Shown: piece by piece, positions 11,654 through 23,985 of the stretch
Layout: each line of letters begins with the position of its first letter
How positions within the stretch are numbered: position 1 is the first letter of the stretch
Origin: Rhina ancylostomus
Lineage: Eukaryota
Length of the DNA stretch: 64,000 bases
Assembly (NCBI GenBank): GCA_030265395.1
Contig: JARFYF010000094.1
Coordinates: forward strand, 94,596,880 to 94,660,879
Reading direction: 5' to 3'
Notes under the pieces: model-generated
Database searches by the model: none
What the model saw: the letters and a program-made list of their open reading frames with translations, nothing else
What the model was told of the DNA's origin: nothing
Translations under genes and position numbers: made by a program

Positions 11654-13506
11654 GTTAACAAACACAATCCATTATATATTATTGCATGCTGAAGAATTTC
11701 TTTTGTAGTATTAACAATGCAATCTTTCTCAGTATTGCATCGGGGTGCGAGTCTAGAGTATGAAAGGATAGCTCTTCTATGTGGGTTGAAGCTGCAGTCT
11801 TCTGCCTCAAAGATTATATCGAGCCAGTTAGTCACTGAAAAAAGGTTGGATTGCAATTTAATTATTTGTCTTTTATATAGAAGTATCCTTTAAATCAGCA
11901 AAAATTGACTCTAATATGGAGATGCTATTCATGCCTGAGATGACAGCTGAAACATAACCATCATATCCTTAAAAAGCATTGTATCAAAAGATCTACCACA
12001 TTTTTTCACAACTATCCAGTTTTTACTCAACTTTATATACTCCAATATTTGTGACTTGAACTTGCAGTCTTTAATTAATGGGTACCAATGACTTATGAGC
12101 TAATCTTTGATGTAATTTGGTTTTTTTTGTAAATATATTACTGAGTTTGCCTGATATTTGGAGATGTTTTGGTTCCAATAATGTTTGGAATTTTGAAAAA
12201 GCTGATCTCACATAAATATGAAACTACTGGTCTGTTTTAAACAGCTATTTCATTCACTAATGCCCTTCAGGAAAGAAAATCAAACATCCTTGGCTCCAGA
12301 CACAAGTCACTCTTAACTTACACCTCTACTCGGACAATTAGAGATGGACAATAGATGCTGACATTGCCAAATATATCAACGTGCTGTGAACAAATAAATT
12401 AAAGAAAGCAACCTGTGCAGAGATTATTTCTAATCCTATAACACAGTGTTTGCTGTTATAGCAGGGAGGGCAGTGTAAATTCACTAAGTGGAAAACCTCT
12501 TGAGCTGCGAACATGAAAAGAGACAAGACAGCTAAAATTGAATCAAATATGGTTTCTGACCATCCTCCAAAATTGTGGTGACTGCTCTTGACGATAATAG
12601 TCACCTAACGACTCTCAGACATGCTTCCACTAACATTACTGTGATTACAGGGCCAGCTGCTTTTCCCCACCAATATTTTTCCACATGTGATGAGAAACTC
12701 TAATGGTTTTTGCAATTTTTAATGACAATCATTAAATATAGAAGTGTCATCTTTGTTTCCCAAATTAAAATAAGACAGCACACAGAATAATTCACTCCCC
12801 TCAATCCTACACCTTCATCAAAATTCTGACATGGTTGAAGTAGTTTGAGTAAAAATGTTTCTACTTCACTAATAGTGTTTTATCTCCTGTGAGAGAACTT
12901 CTAATTGTAGAAATTACAGTTACAACTAAAATTGGATCACAGATGGTTTCTGCTCATCCTCCATTTAATAAATAAATCTGACAATTTAAGCAAACACAAA
13001 TCCTGATGAAACACATGGCTAACTTACCAAGAAATGTCAAGTTTGAAATTAATTTTGTTGGTTCAAAAATGTTGAGATGTAGGTGGATAACAGTAACCAG
13101 TTGGAAATCATTGTACCATAGCCCATTTAGCTAATTCATTCAGCAATGCAATATGATGAAATATAACAAAAAACAATAAACAGCCAACAGTAATTTACTC
13201 AAAATCATGCGCTTCTAAAATGTGCTTTAATCTTAAAATGAAACTTGCTAATTTTAATATGATGAACAACTATCAGTAAGTTTTGCATGTTAAATGATTT
13301 TATCTCACCTAAAAGGTTGAATGAAAAATGAAGTTCAGTTGAAGTCATTTGATTCATTGGAGTTCAATGCAAAAGGAAATGCAGGGAAGATTTTTGATCT
13401 ATTCTAGCACTCACTGCAATCAGGGATTTCCTTTAAGATTTGCAAAGACATAAGGCGTCAACTTCCTCTGACTGTTTTGTTTTCATGCCATCATGATCTT
13501 CATGAT

Positions 13507-13750
13507 GGGCGACAGGGTAGCGTAGCAGTTAGCGCAATGCTATTACAGCACCAGTGATCAGGGTTCGATTCCCATCGCTGTCTGTAAGGAGTTTGTACGT
13601 TCTCCCGTGTCTGCATGGGTTTTCTCTGGGTACTCCAGTTTCCTCCCACATTCCAAAAACATACGGGTAGGTTAATATAGGTTTAAATTGGGTGGCGTGG
13701 ACTCGTTGGGACAAAAGGGCCTGTTACCATGCTGTAAATTTAAAAAAAAT
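13507..13750 (+). mobile_element. HE1-like V-SINE with CR1-type tail
   Basis: A-box-like TAGCGTAGCAGTT, B-box GGTTCGATTCC at 13562-13572, V-domain GGAGTTTGTACGTTCTCCC...TTTCCTCCCACATTCCAAA, and tail GGGCCTGTTACCATGCTGTA. Confidence 0.85.
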
Positions 13751-14959
13751 TTAATGTTCTTTGGGATAGGATGACAAAACTCTGACAGCATTCTCCGAAT
13801 AGGGCCATGCTATTGATTTGTATAATTTTAGTATAATTCAGAATCTTCCAGTCCAGTTTCTAATTGTCCAAAATTTCAATAACTCCATCAACTTTACTCT
13901 TTGTAAGCATCTTTAGAAGTGGAGATGATAATGATCCTCCTTTATCCATTCTGATTCTGATTGACTATTGTGGATTATGAAACACTGGGTTTTTATGCTG
14001 CATTCTCCAATGGTACATTTTCCAAAGGTGGGGATTTTTACACAAGCTGTACAGCCCTTGATTTTCATACCACATCTTCGATGCCTCTGATTTTCTTATG
14101 TGTAAATGATCCCTCCTGGATTTGCTCTGTGCTGTCCAGCACCGGACAATACCAATGGATTTTCATTTGTGCATACATGACTTTTGACATCCATGGGTCT
14201 TGCACAGTGGCTGTGAAGTCTTTGGTTTGTATTTTTTTACGGTCTTTTTTTAAGCAGACTTCATAGGTATATCCTTAAAGTAATATTTACCTGATGATTT
14301 TCGTAACTGCTTCCAGTAAGGTGCACCTTTTTCCCTCCAATATTTCTCCAACTATGAAGGACAGTAGATATCTTCTGACTTTTCTTTTGGTCAGAACCAA
14401 CACATGCCTGGGATTGATTTTCAACCTCCAATCACCCCTCCAAAATAGCACACAAACCTCACTGATCCTTCCCCACCCTGGATCTGCCGACCCAACCCCA
14501 TACCACCACAGCAGAAGGCACCACCACTGATTTCACCCTTGCTGACCTCCAATCAGCCACTAATGTCAGCCCCTGACTATCTTTCCAACCCCACTAAACA
14601 GCAGTTCTACACACACAGCTGACACACGTATGCTATTTAATTTTCCGCTTGCAGATGCTTGAACAAAGCAATAAATGGCCCACCAAGAACCAACTGAGTA
14701 ATGCATCTTTAGCAGTGCAAATGAGCTTCCAGATTCTTATATTCCCTGACTTGCACATAGTGTGTCCTAACGTACAGGTTACCAAAGAGATGTGAAAGTT
14801 TTCCTGCAAGGATACATTTTGTAATACTGTGCAGATTTCTGTCAAGTTTTATCACATTAGAAAATCAATCCTTTGGAATTTAGGATCACTCTTCTACTCA
14901 AATAAATAACATGTAATTGTGTTGCATATCAGTCAATACAGTGGTTTTGTTTCAGAACA

Positions 14960-15096
14960 TTCCAGTCCTGATGAAGAGTCTCGGCCTGAAACGTGGACTG
15001 TTTATTTCCCTCCATGGATGCTGCCTGACCTGCTGAGTTCCTCCAGCACTTTCTGTGTATTGCTCCAGATTCCAGCATCTGCAGAGTTTCTTGTGT
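14960..15096 (+). mobile_element. Stand-alone Penelope terminal-repeat module
   Basis: Complete module with no adjacent Penelope body. Confidence 0.8.
14963..15000 (+). ncRNA. Minimal type I hammerhead ribozyme motif (cleavage triplet mutated to GUG)
   Basis: CAGTC-CTGATGA-A-GAGTCTCGGCCT-GAAA-CG-TG-GACTG. Stem I (CAGTC/GACTG) is perfect, both core boxes are intact, and stem III is the palindrome ACGT. Confidence 0.7.
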
Positions 15097-16084
15097 AATC
15101 CTTGCGTTTGTTCAGGGTCCCAAACGAACCGCTCTGTAACCACGGTCCCTTTGAGGAGGGGGCCGTTTGCTCTACGTGGTTCGGCCTTGTTGTTTCTCAC
15201 ACCTCGTCCCCTTCTCTTCACAGCCTCTGCCCAGAAAGCCTTGAAGTTCGACTAGACCAGGGCGACGTGAAGCTGCGTCGGATGGGCCAACCACCTTGAC
15301 GTGCGGGCGGTCTGCGGGTGTCGCGCTGCCATGTCAGTCGATCAGCCTCTCCCTGGACTTCCTGCGGCCTCCCGAGAGGATCTGAACCTTCACAAACAAA
15401 TCGGCCCTGGGTCAGGTCAAGCCTGACCCCCTTTGCTCGTGCATTGTGGGAGTGGGCTGGTTGGCGTTGGGGCTTTTAATTATTCTCACATCCCTCCCTC
15501 CCAGCGAGGACCCCTTCTCCCCCCCCCCCCCACCTCTCTACTCCCCCTCATGTACATGTGTTGGGCACATGTTCAGTTCCAGTGACCCAACCCAACAACC
15601 TTGGGACCCAGCCCAACTCCAGTTCATTTTGGAGTCTCTACTCTTTTTCCCAAAGGGAAGGGTGGGTCAGCATCTATCCAGAAGTTCTCTCGCAATCAAA
15701 CTGGCTCCACCCCATCACTGCCCACTCCTTCAGGACGGTAACTATAGTCTCCAGGATCCAAGCAGCGACCAACATTGTCCACGAAGCTTTGTGGCAGTGT
15801 TATCAAACCAACATTGACGTCTGACGCCCCTGGCTGGACGTGAGACCAAGTGACTCGAAACCCCTGCTCCCTCTGCACATTGTGACCCCACCCCACTGCC
15901 CAGGAGTGGCCCGGAACCTCCAGGAATTGAAGACAAGTTCGCCATAGATGCCCGTGAGTGCCCAGACTGCGGAATGCATCCGAAGAACGTTATGTGTTTT
16001 TAAAAAAACGAAAGCACCCTTCAGTATTTTTGGGATAGGGGAGAGGAAAGGATGTTTGTTATTTGGGGAGCTGGTGGCTGGCTG

Positions 16085-16370
16085 CAGGAGAGTCCGTTGA
16101 TGTACACAGCAAGATCCCGCAAACAGCAAAGTGGTGGTGACCAATTTGTTGATTGGCTGAATTGATCAGGACACCAGGAAACCCCCTTACTCTCCAATAC
16201 TGCACAATGGGATCTTTCTGCCTGTTTGAGAGGGTCGTCAGGGGTCTCAAGTTTAGCATCTCTTTAACAGGGGTTGTCTGGATTTTTGTGATCAAGTTCC
16301 TGGAGCTGGACTCGAACTCGTGGATTGGAGGCGGAGGTAGGACCTGCCTGAGCCACCAGCTGACATCTCC
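16085..16370 (-). mobile_element. DeuSINE
   Basis: acagcaagatcccgcaaacagcaa, caggacaccagg and tgggatcttt...tgagaggg are reverse-complement Deu-domain motifs. Confidence 0.65.
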
Positions 16371-17019
16371 TCCCGCGGACTTCCTACTCCCTCTCCTGTC
16401 GGGCTTCGGATCCAGCTGGCTCCTGGCATCCAAGAGCACATTCGATCCCGGCATCTCGGAATGATTTGCATTCCCCCGGGGACGCACGTGAGCCCCTCTT
16501 TCTCGGAAACAGTGACCTGTCGCATTCTCCTGGTACAAACTGGCACTTATCCTTCAGCCTCTGGACTTTGCCCCTCGTATTTAAAGATCATCTTTTATAA
16601 AAAGACCACTGACAAAGATTAGCCCCCTAACACCGCCAACCACACTGGTATGCACAGAGTAAAGCATTAATACTTGTATGATTTGATCTGTGGCCTTAGG
16701 TGGATCTATATTTTGAGGATAATTCTTTGCAGAACAATTGTTTAGATTTTTTTCTCCCCCAATCGCGTTTGGAAAGGCAGAGAATTTACTGCATGTTTCT
16801 CCTTTTCTATGGAGTTTGTGAGCCTTGATACTCAAATCATCTTAATCGTTAAACGTTTTCTCGTTTTCTGCTATAAAGTGTCTTGGATTCAGCACAGCAC
16901 TTTCTGAGATCTTAATGTATCGGTAAGGGGACCGTGAATTCGGATTAAAACTGAAATGTTTACCCATTGATACTGGTTGGGCTCCTGTTACTTGGACTCC
17001 TGATGTGGTACAGGAAGAA

Positions 17020-17220
17020 TAGCAAACGGCCTGCTGGACGAACTCAGCGGGTTGAGCAGCATCTGTGGGAGGAAAGGAACTGTCGACACTTCAGGTGGAA
17101 ACCCTGCAGGAAACATCGACAGTTCCTTTCCCTCCCCCACAGACGCTGCTCGACCCGCTGAGTTCCTCCAGCAGATTGTTTGTTGCTCCAGATTCCAGCA
17201 TCTGCAGCAATGGTGTCTGA
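17020..17220. repeat. Head-to-head inverted pair of Penelope terminal modules (hairpin)
   Basis: 17031-17086 is a near-perfect reverse complement of 17116-17174. Confidence 0.9.
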
Positions 17221-18575
17221 TGTCTCCTGGGGCAGAAGAAAGTTGTGTGGTCCGCTGAAATGTTCATGATCGAAGACTATTGTGACCCAATCCACACTCC
17301 CACCTGTCCCCATAGAGTTGTACAGCATGGAAAGAGGCCCTTCAGCCCAACTGGTCCACGCCAGCTAAGACCCATCTAAGCTAGTCCCNNNNNNNNNNNN
17401 NNNNNNNNNNNNNNNNNNNNNNNNNNNNNNNNNNNNNNNNNNNNNNNNNNNNNNNNNNNNNNNNNNNNNNNNNNNNNNNNNNNNNNNNCACCTTGAACTA
17501 CTTGGGAAGATGCTAGTGCCAATGATTGGAATGATCGGGTATTGAATTGAGCTGTCAGTGATCATATTCTCCAGTGGCTAGACTGAATATTCTCATTGTT
17601 TGCAGTGAGGATCAGCATTGAAGTCAATATGCATCTTGGAGTGTGAAGGCTCAATAAAGCAATGTTCCAAAACCCAAACCATTGCTACTCTTGTGTTGAG
17701 TTAAGTTAATGTGAAATGTCAAAGAATTTATTGGTTTTGCAGATAAGTGAAATTGTGATGATACAGCCAGCTCTGCAAAGTGTCTCCTGTTTAAATCTCC
17801 CAACATTTAATGCCAAGGTGAATTGGGTAACCTAATGACTACCTGCCACAAATAACTGGCAGCCAGTATGGTGACTGCTTTTCTGCCCTTCTAAATAATA
17901 GTTAATCATATCTGGTCACTTTTGATGTTTTAAATTATTAACTTGCCAATCAACTAATATTCAGGAGATAGTTTGCAAGATCCTTTCATTGTACATGCAG
18001 ATTTTAATTACACATCTGATTGCAAATATATATATTTGATCATAGCTTTTTATATTTTCTGATTAATTTTCTCTTCCCTCCTGCTGAAGCAGAGCTTGTA
18101 CAATACATACAGTAGCTGATTAAAGAGCCTTGTGATGATTTAGTGCAAGTTGTTGTTAATTGTGGACATTACAGCTGCTCTGGTCCTCTGCCATTGCCCA
18201 TGTACAAATGATTAATAACAGGAACCCTGTGCATTTCTGAACCCAGCCCAAGAGAGTTCTGTTAAATTAGCCATGGTCAGTAGTATTCACACTCTCTGTG
18301 GGTAAGCTGAGTGACGNNNNNNCTAGTTCAGTATTAAACAGGGTGCGTGAAATGGGAGGGATGTAGGTGTTGTTGTTGTGCAAGACCAAACATGATGAAT
18401 ATTGATGCTGTAATACTACCCAATGTTGTCTAGACCTCCAACAAGAGATTTTCCACTCTCACATGCAATCTATTGTCAGCCTATTAATAACGTGTTATTT
18501 ATTTTGCCATTCTGTGCCTCCCCCATCACCCTGCCCCACTCTCTGATTTTGCACTAGACCACTTTGTCCACAGGC

Positions 18576-19059
18576 AGCTGTCTCACAGAGTACTCTCTGA
18601 TCTACGGGCTGTTCCCAGGAACACACACCGAGACAGACATCAAGTGCTGCTGGAAGATCATCAACTCGGTGAAAGGTCTGTCCAAAACTTGTTGGTCTTC
18701 CAGCACAGCGAGATGTCCATAAGGGAACGCTGCAAACTGGCGCAGTCCAGGCTGCAGGAGTACGTGCTGAGAGACACACTGAAGCACAGTGCAGAGGCTC
18801 TGTAGGGAAGGACCACAGTATAGGCTCCTTCCGCTATTGCACATAGAGGGTGGGGAAGCCCCTCGAACAATAAAACAGGTATCACCTCAGGGAGCCACAT
18901 TAGTGGCAATGGTGCTATGTTTGTGTGTTTTTTTTCTCTTAAGTTTTACACTACTGGTTGTGACAATCATGAATGTTAAGCTTTTGTATTTTGCACTGTT
19001 TTCTTCCTTTGCATATATTTTATCTTATGAATAAAGTTTATTTTTGAAATAAAAAAAAA
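18576..19059 (+). mobile_element. Tx1-like L1-clade LINE, 5'-truncated (ORF2 C-terminus, 3' UTR, poly-A)
   Basis: Translates LIYGLFPGTHTETDIKCCWKIINSVK / NLLVFQHSEMSIRERCKLAQSRLQEYVLRDTLK, followed by a T-rich UTR, AATAAA and an A-tail. Possible TSD ACAGGC at 18570-18575 and 19059-19064. Confidence 0.75.
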
Positions 19060-20266
19060 CAGGCTAAATTTTCCCAACAGATCCCCATCCTCTTTAACTA
19101 GCACCTCAGAATATGAGAATCCATTGAATAATCCTCAGTGTGGTTACTGAATGGGCCAAGAGCTATATAAAATAACAGAATTTGGATTCAGTTTCAAGTT
19201 ATATCACTAATCACGGGGTTTGGGAAATGTTAGCAATCTAATAGATTTCTTTCACTTCAGGCCAACGAGAACTGATATTGGTTTATAAAAATGAATTACA
19301 TCTTCATTTTATGAACTCTAAGTAGAGAGGAGCAATTGCTTCCAGGATGAAGGTTACCTCTTCTGCTAATCTATGGATTGCAACTGATTGATAAACTTTA
19401 TGAATAAAGTTTATTATTGATAAANNNNNNNNNNNNNNNNNNNNNNNNNNNNNNNNNNNNNNNNNNNNNNNNNNNNNNNNNNNNNNNNNNNNNNNNNNNN
19501 NNNNNNNNNNNNNNNNNNNNNNNNNNNNNNNNNNNNNNNNNNNNNNNNNNNNNNNNNNNNNNNNNNNNNNNNNNNNNNNNNNNNNNNNNNNNNNNNNNNN
19601 NNNNNNNNNNNNNNNNNNNNNNNNNNNNNNNNNNNNNNNNNNNNNNNNNNNNNNNNNNNNNNNNNNNNNNNNNNNNNNNNNNNNNNNNNNNNNNNNNNNN
19701 NNNNNNNNNNNNNNNNNNNNNNNNNNNNNNNNNNNNNNNNNNNNNNNNNNNNNNNNNNNNNNNNNNNNNNNNNNNNNNNNNNNNNNNNNNNNNNNNNNNN
19801 NNNNNNNNNNNNNNNNNNNNNNNNNNNNNNNNNNNNNNNNNNNNNNNNNNNNNNNNNNNNNNNNNNNNNNNNNNNNNNNNNNNNNNNNNNNNNNNNNNNN
19901 NNNNNNNNNNNNNNNNNNNNNNNNNNNNNNNNNNNNNNNNNNNNNNNNNNNNNNNNNNNNNNNNNNNNNNNNNNNNNNNNNNNNNNNNNNNNNNNNNNNN
20001 NNNNNNNNNNNNNNNNNNNNNNNNNNNNNNNNNNNNNNNNNNNNNNNNNNNNNNNNNNNNNNNNNNNNNNNNNNNNNNNNNNNNNNNNNNNNNNNNNNNN
20101 NNNNNNNNNNNNNNNNNNNNNNNNNNNNNNNNNNNNNNNNNNNNNNNNNNNNNNNNNNNNNNNNNNNNNNNNNNNNNNNNNNNNNNNNNNNNNNNNNNNN
20201 NNNNNNNNNNNNNNNNNNNNNNNNNNNNNNNNNNNNNNNNNNNNNNNNNNNNNNNNNNNNNNNNNC

Positions 20267-20401
20267 TCGACTTGAAATGTTGACTGTTTATTTCCCTCCG
20301 TCGATGCTGCCTGACATGCTGAGTTCCTCCAGCATTTTGTCTTTTGCAGTCCAAAGAGAGATTTTAAATTCTCTCTCTCAGCATCTGCAGAATCTCTTGT
20401 G
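20267..20401 (+). mobile_element. Penelope terminal module emerging from an N-gap, with a 34-bp internal insertion
   Basis: ctcgacttgaaatgttgactg...gatgctgcctgacatgctgagttcctccagc...cagcatctgcagaatctcttgtg. Confidence 0.8.
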
Positions 20402-22664
20402 ATTGATAGCAAGGACAGATTTTGCAGCATAATCAAATCACAGTTCAGTAATGCACCTTTAATGAATGCCACTTTGTAAACAATAGAGAATTTGGGGAAT
20501 AAAGAAAGGAACTACTTGTGACATTTTTATATTACTTTCTGTCTATCTGTTATCTGGTTTCCCCAAAGCCAGTGATTTGAAAAAGTTAGTATGAGTTTTG
20601 GCCTCCTGGGTCTGTCTGCTCCAGGTCTTAACATGTGCAATGTAGTCTATTGCATCGTGGACTGTTCAATCCCTGTGGCGTTATCCTGTGATGTCAGTGA
20701 TATAAGGCCATAAAGTTTTCTCATATTTTGTACCATGACTTTGATTGCTTTGATTCCAATCATATTTAAAGTCTAATGCTCATTGACGTCTGTGAGCAAT
20801 TAAATTGCCTTAGGGGCAATGGTGATTTGTTGCTCAGTGGGTGCAGTTTGCCTCTGCTATAGTCACTGAGAGAGAGAATTTAAAATCTCTCTTTCGACTC
20901 TTGAAAGTTATCAGAAGGTCCTCTTGAAGGGTAATAGAAAGAGTTGCAAATTAGAGCAAAACCTATTGATGGGAGAAGTGAGTTCAAAATTTGAATGTGG
21001 ACTGAGGGAATCAATTAAAAGTTGGTGGAGTTTTGGATGGGTCTGTCTATTTGATTCCTCCACATGTAAGTTTTTAGTTTATTTTCACTGTGGTAGGCAA
21101 GCACTGCTTAGGGGGAAAGTTGACAGTGCCGTTCTGTGGTTACCTCTTCCTATTAAGGAAGGAAATACTTGATATTATTGGAAGATACCCAAGTGTAGCC
21201 TTGGGATCCTGTCCCTTAGGCAGATATGGTGATGGATATAGGAAGGCCATAGGAATTTTCAAGGAATTTGGAAACAAGTTCCTTCCAAGGAGTCAGAATG
21301 AAGGAAGAATTTTCAAATTATTTCACAGAATTAAGACTTTCCGTACAATCCCTAACAACAATGGTTCAGTTATTCCAACTGGAACAGTTTGAATAATTGA
21401 AGATAGCATTTAGTTCCTGAACCAAAAAACTTCTGTTGCTTCATTTGCTATGCTCAATGTCAATAGTACAGTAGCATTTAATTTATTAAACTCTGGGTTT
21501 TGATGAACTGTCCTTATTATAAATCGGCCATTGTGAATATTTCATCATCTCTTTGTCTCCATGGTACTGCATATTTTGTCCTGAATAATTGCATAGAATG
21601 CATATTTAGTGAGGTATGATCCATGTCACCAAGTTAATCTGCTCTTGTATTTATTAATTGCATAATTATTAATTACTTCAGTGTAAGTTGTCATATATAA
21701 AAATCTAATCACATTTATAATCTAATGCTCAATGACATCTGAGACATTAAGTTACATTCTGCTTTTCACAAAAGATTCTTATTCGCTGTATGGGGTAGTT
21801 CGTGAAGGCACATGGTATACTCAGTTTTTGACTATTGAAAATTGAACATTTTTGTTCAATTTAAACTCTTAGCTCTTTTTATTACGGTATAATTTGTTAA
21901 TTTTGTGGTGAAATATTTCGAGTTATGATAGATATAGAAAAATTTCTATTAAAAATACAGTGATTTTTAAAAATCAGAGCTCCTTAAAAGATGTGTCTGG
22001 CCCTATTTTAATATTTTCAATTAGCATATCCTATTTGATTGTGGTATCAAAATCAATAAAAATGTCTTAAACTGTCCTACCCAATTTGTGTGGTTGGGAT
22101 AGGACATCTTCACAAGGAAAACTATTGTGACGTGGTCAACAGATAGAAGACAGAAACTGCTGTTTATATTTTACAGTCATACCTCCCATGATTGCTATAA
22201 TTCCTATTGGTCTTGACCAGTAAGAATTATATAGGATAGAAAAGATATTTCCTAAGATATTTTCCATTCTATAGATAGATTTAATGTAGATAGACATTGT
22301 ATCGACCTACAGGAAAGAAAAGATATTGGGAAAGGGGGCATGTTCCTCAATCAATCTATGCAAGGAAACTTTGTAAAACATGTGCAGAACATAGATCACA
22401 TATCAAGATATGCAGGGTATCTTGTATTTTTATATTAACGTGAAACTTTAGCACATTTATATACCATTCATAATGATAATCTGGCAAACAACTTATTCTG
22501 GACCTTCCATCACAGATAAATCACTATGTACTTTGGCTATTGCAGGTACATATTTTATCTACTTTGCACAGAACATTCATGGAGGAGCCTAGACTGAAGC
22601 AAAAATGAGTCAAACTTAATCAATGTATGACTGAATCCTATCCTTTTAATACACTGCATATGTC

Positions 22665-23022
22665 GGATAGTAGTTAAAATATTGGATTATTGTCCAGAAA
22701 CCTAGCTTGCAGATCTAGAGACACGAGGCAAGAGTTTGAACCCCAACATAGAAATAAAGGAAATTAATTTCAAACAATTAAATAACTGTGAAAGAAAAGC
22801 TAGAGTCAAAAAGGTAACCAAGAAACTACTAGATTACCATAAAAGCCCATGTGGTTCTCTGCTTCACTAATGTTCTTCAGAGAATGAATTTTGCAATCAT
22901 CTATAGGTAACTTCAGATTCTATAAGAATCTTAAATGTCCTCAGTAGGCAATAGGGACAACCAATAAATTGTTGCTCTTTCAGATTTCCTCCACATCCTG
23001 TGAATGAATGAATAAATAAATA
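22665..23022 (+). mobile_element. tRNA-related SINE sharing its 3' tail with the LINE at 24620-25415
   Basis: Head: attggattattgtccagaaacctag...gagtttgaacccca. Tail: ggcaatagggacaaccaataaat...ccacatcctgtgaatgaat. Confidence 0.65.
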
Positions 23023-23349
23023 AAATGTTTTGAAATTGGCAATGAGTCAGTAGCAATGGAAAGGTGTGAGGGAATTGTTATCTATGGCCATAATGCTACA
23101 AGTGTACCACAGGTTAAAAAAATCAAGCTTATTATGTTAATTTGTAACTTACGCACTGTGATCACTGGCAAATCAATTCATGCAAATGGAATTATGAAGC
23201 CTTGCATACAGCAATCATATACCACCGTAGAACCTCAGGCAAGAAGCATGGCAAGCATTAGCTCAACTCAATCCATTTTAATGCCACAAGTTTCCTACCT
23301 TGGACACTTGGATCTAAGAAAACTAAAATGAAATATTTCTCAACAAGCC

Positions 23350-23985
23350 AACGACATTATGAAGGAGCAGAAGGAGCTTGGTTTCATGTAGACGAATACT
23401 CAAAATAGTCTGCAGCTATAAAAAAAGATCAATAAGTCCATTTGAAGGTCAGCTCTTACCTCTAATGGGTTGGACTCAAAAGCTATAAATCAAGTGGACA
23501 GAACGTTGTTTAGACTGCAATTGGAATGCCAAGTTGAGTTTTCACCAACAAACACAAGGAAAGCTATTTTGGTCTTCCTGACTGTACAATGCAGATTCAT
23601 CAGAATGTTTCTAGGGCTTAAATGAATTAATTGTAAGGACAGTTGGCATACATCCATTCTTTATTCTGATCAATTTAGAAAGCTGAAGGGTGATGTTTCA
23701 ATTGACTGAGCAATTCAGAAGGATAGATAAGAGAAACTCCTGGTGGGATTGTCCAAAGCAACAAGGTGTAATCTCAGAACTGGGGTCATTCTTGCACAAA
23801 GAATAATGGAAGTATAGAACTCACATCTACCCCCTCCCCCAAATGGTTATAGACATTGGTTCAATAATAATTTTCAGTGATGTGATTGATAGGTATTGTT
23901 AATGGGATCAAGGGATATGACTGAAGTGGGTAAACTACATGTTGGAAGAGGCTGAGGTTGTGAATGGTCCACTCCTGTTCCACTA
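23350..23985 (+). mobile_element. Old CR1 LINE 3' part
   Basis: Contains gcagattcatcagaatg, tttagaaagctgaagggtgat, gggatcaagggatatg and gaatggtccactcctgttcc. Confidence 0.7.

Noticed and set aside
13507-13580. tRNA-like A/B boxes
   Set aside because: This is a SINE head followed by a V-domain; there is no tRNA cloverleaf.
14131-14155. REST/NRSE-like TCCAGCACCGGACAA
   Set aside because: The half-sites have no spacer (the canonical spacer is 2 bp) and the right half is poor.
14963-15000. Claim that this sense-strand intronic hammerhead actively cleaves the pre-mRNA
   Set aside because: The triplet is GUG, which violates NUH. Stem II has a mismatch, and minimal hammerheads generally need a dimer.
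19398-20472. ORFs of about 290-350 aa
   Set aside because: Almost entirely N-gap. The same applies to the ORFs spanning the gaps at 2177, 28263, 50011 and 52470.
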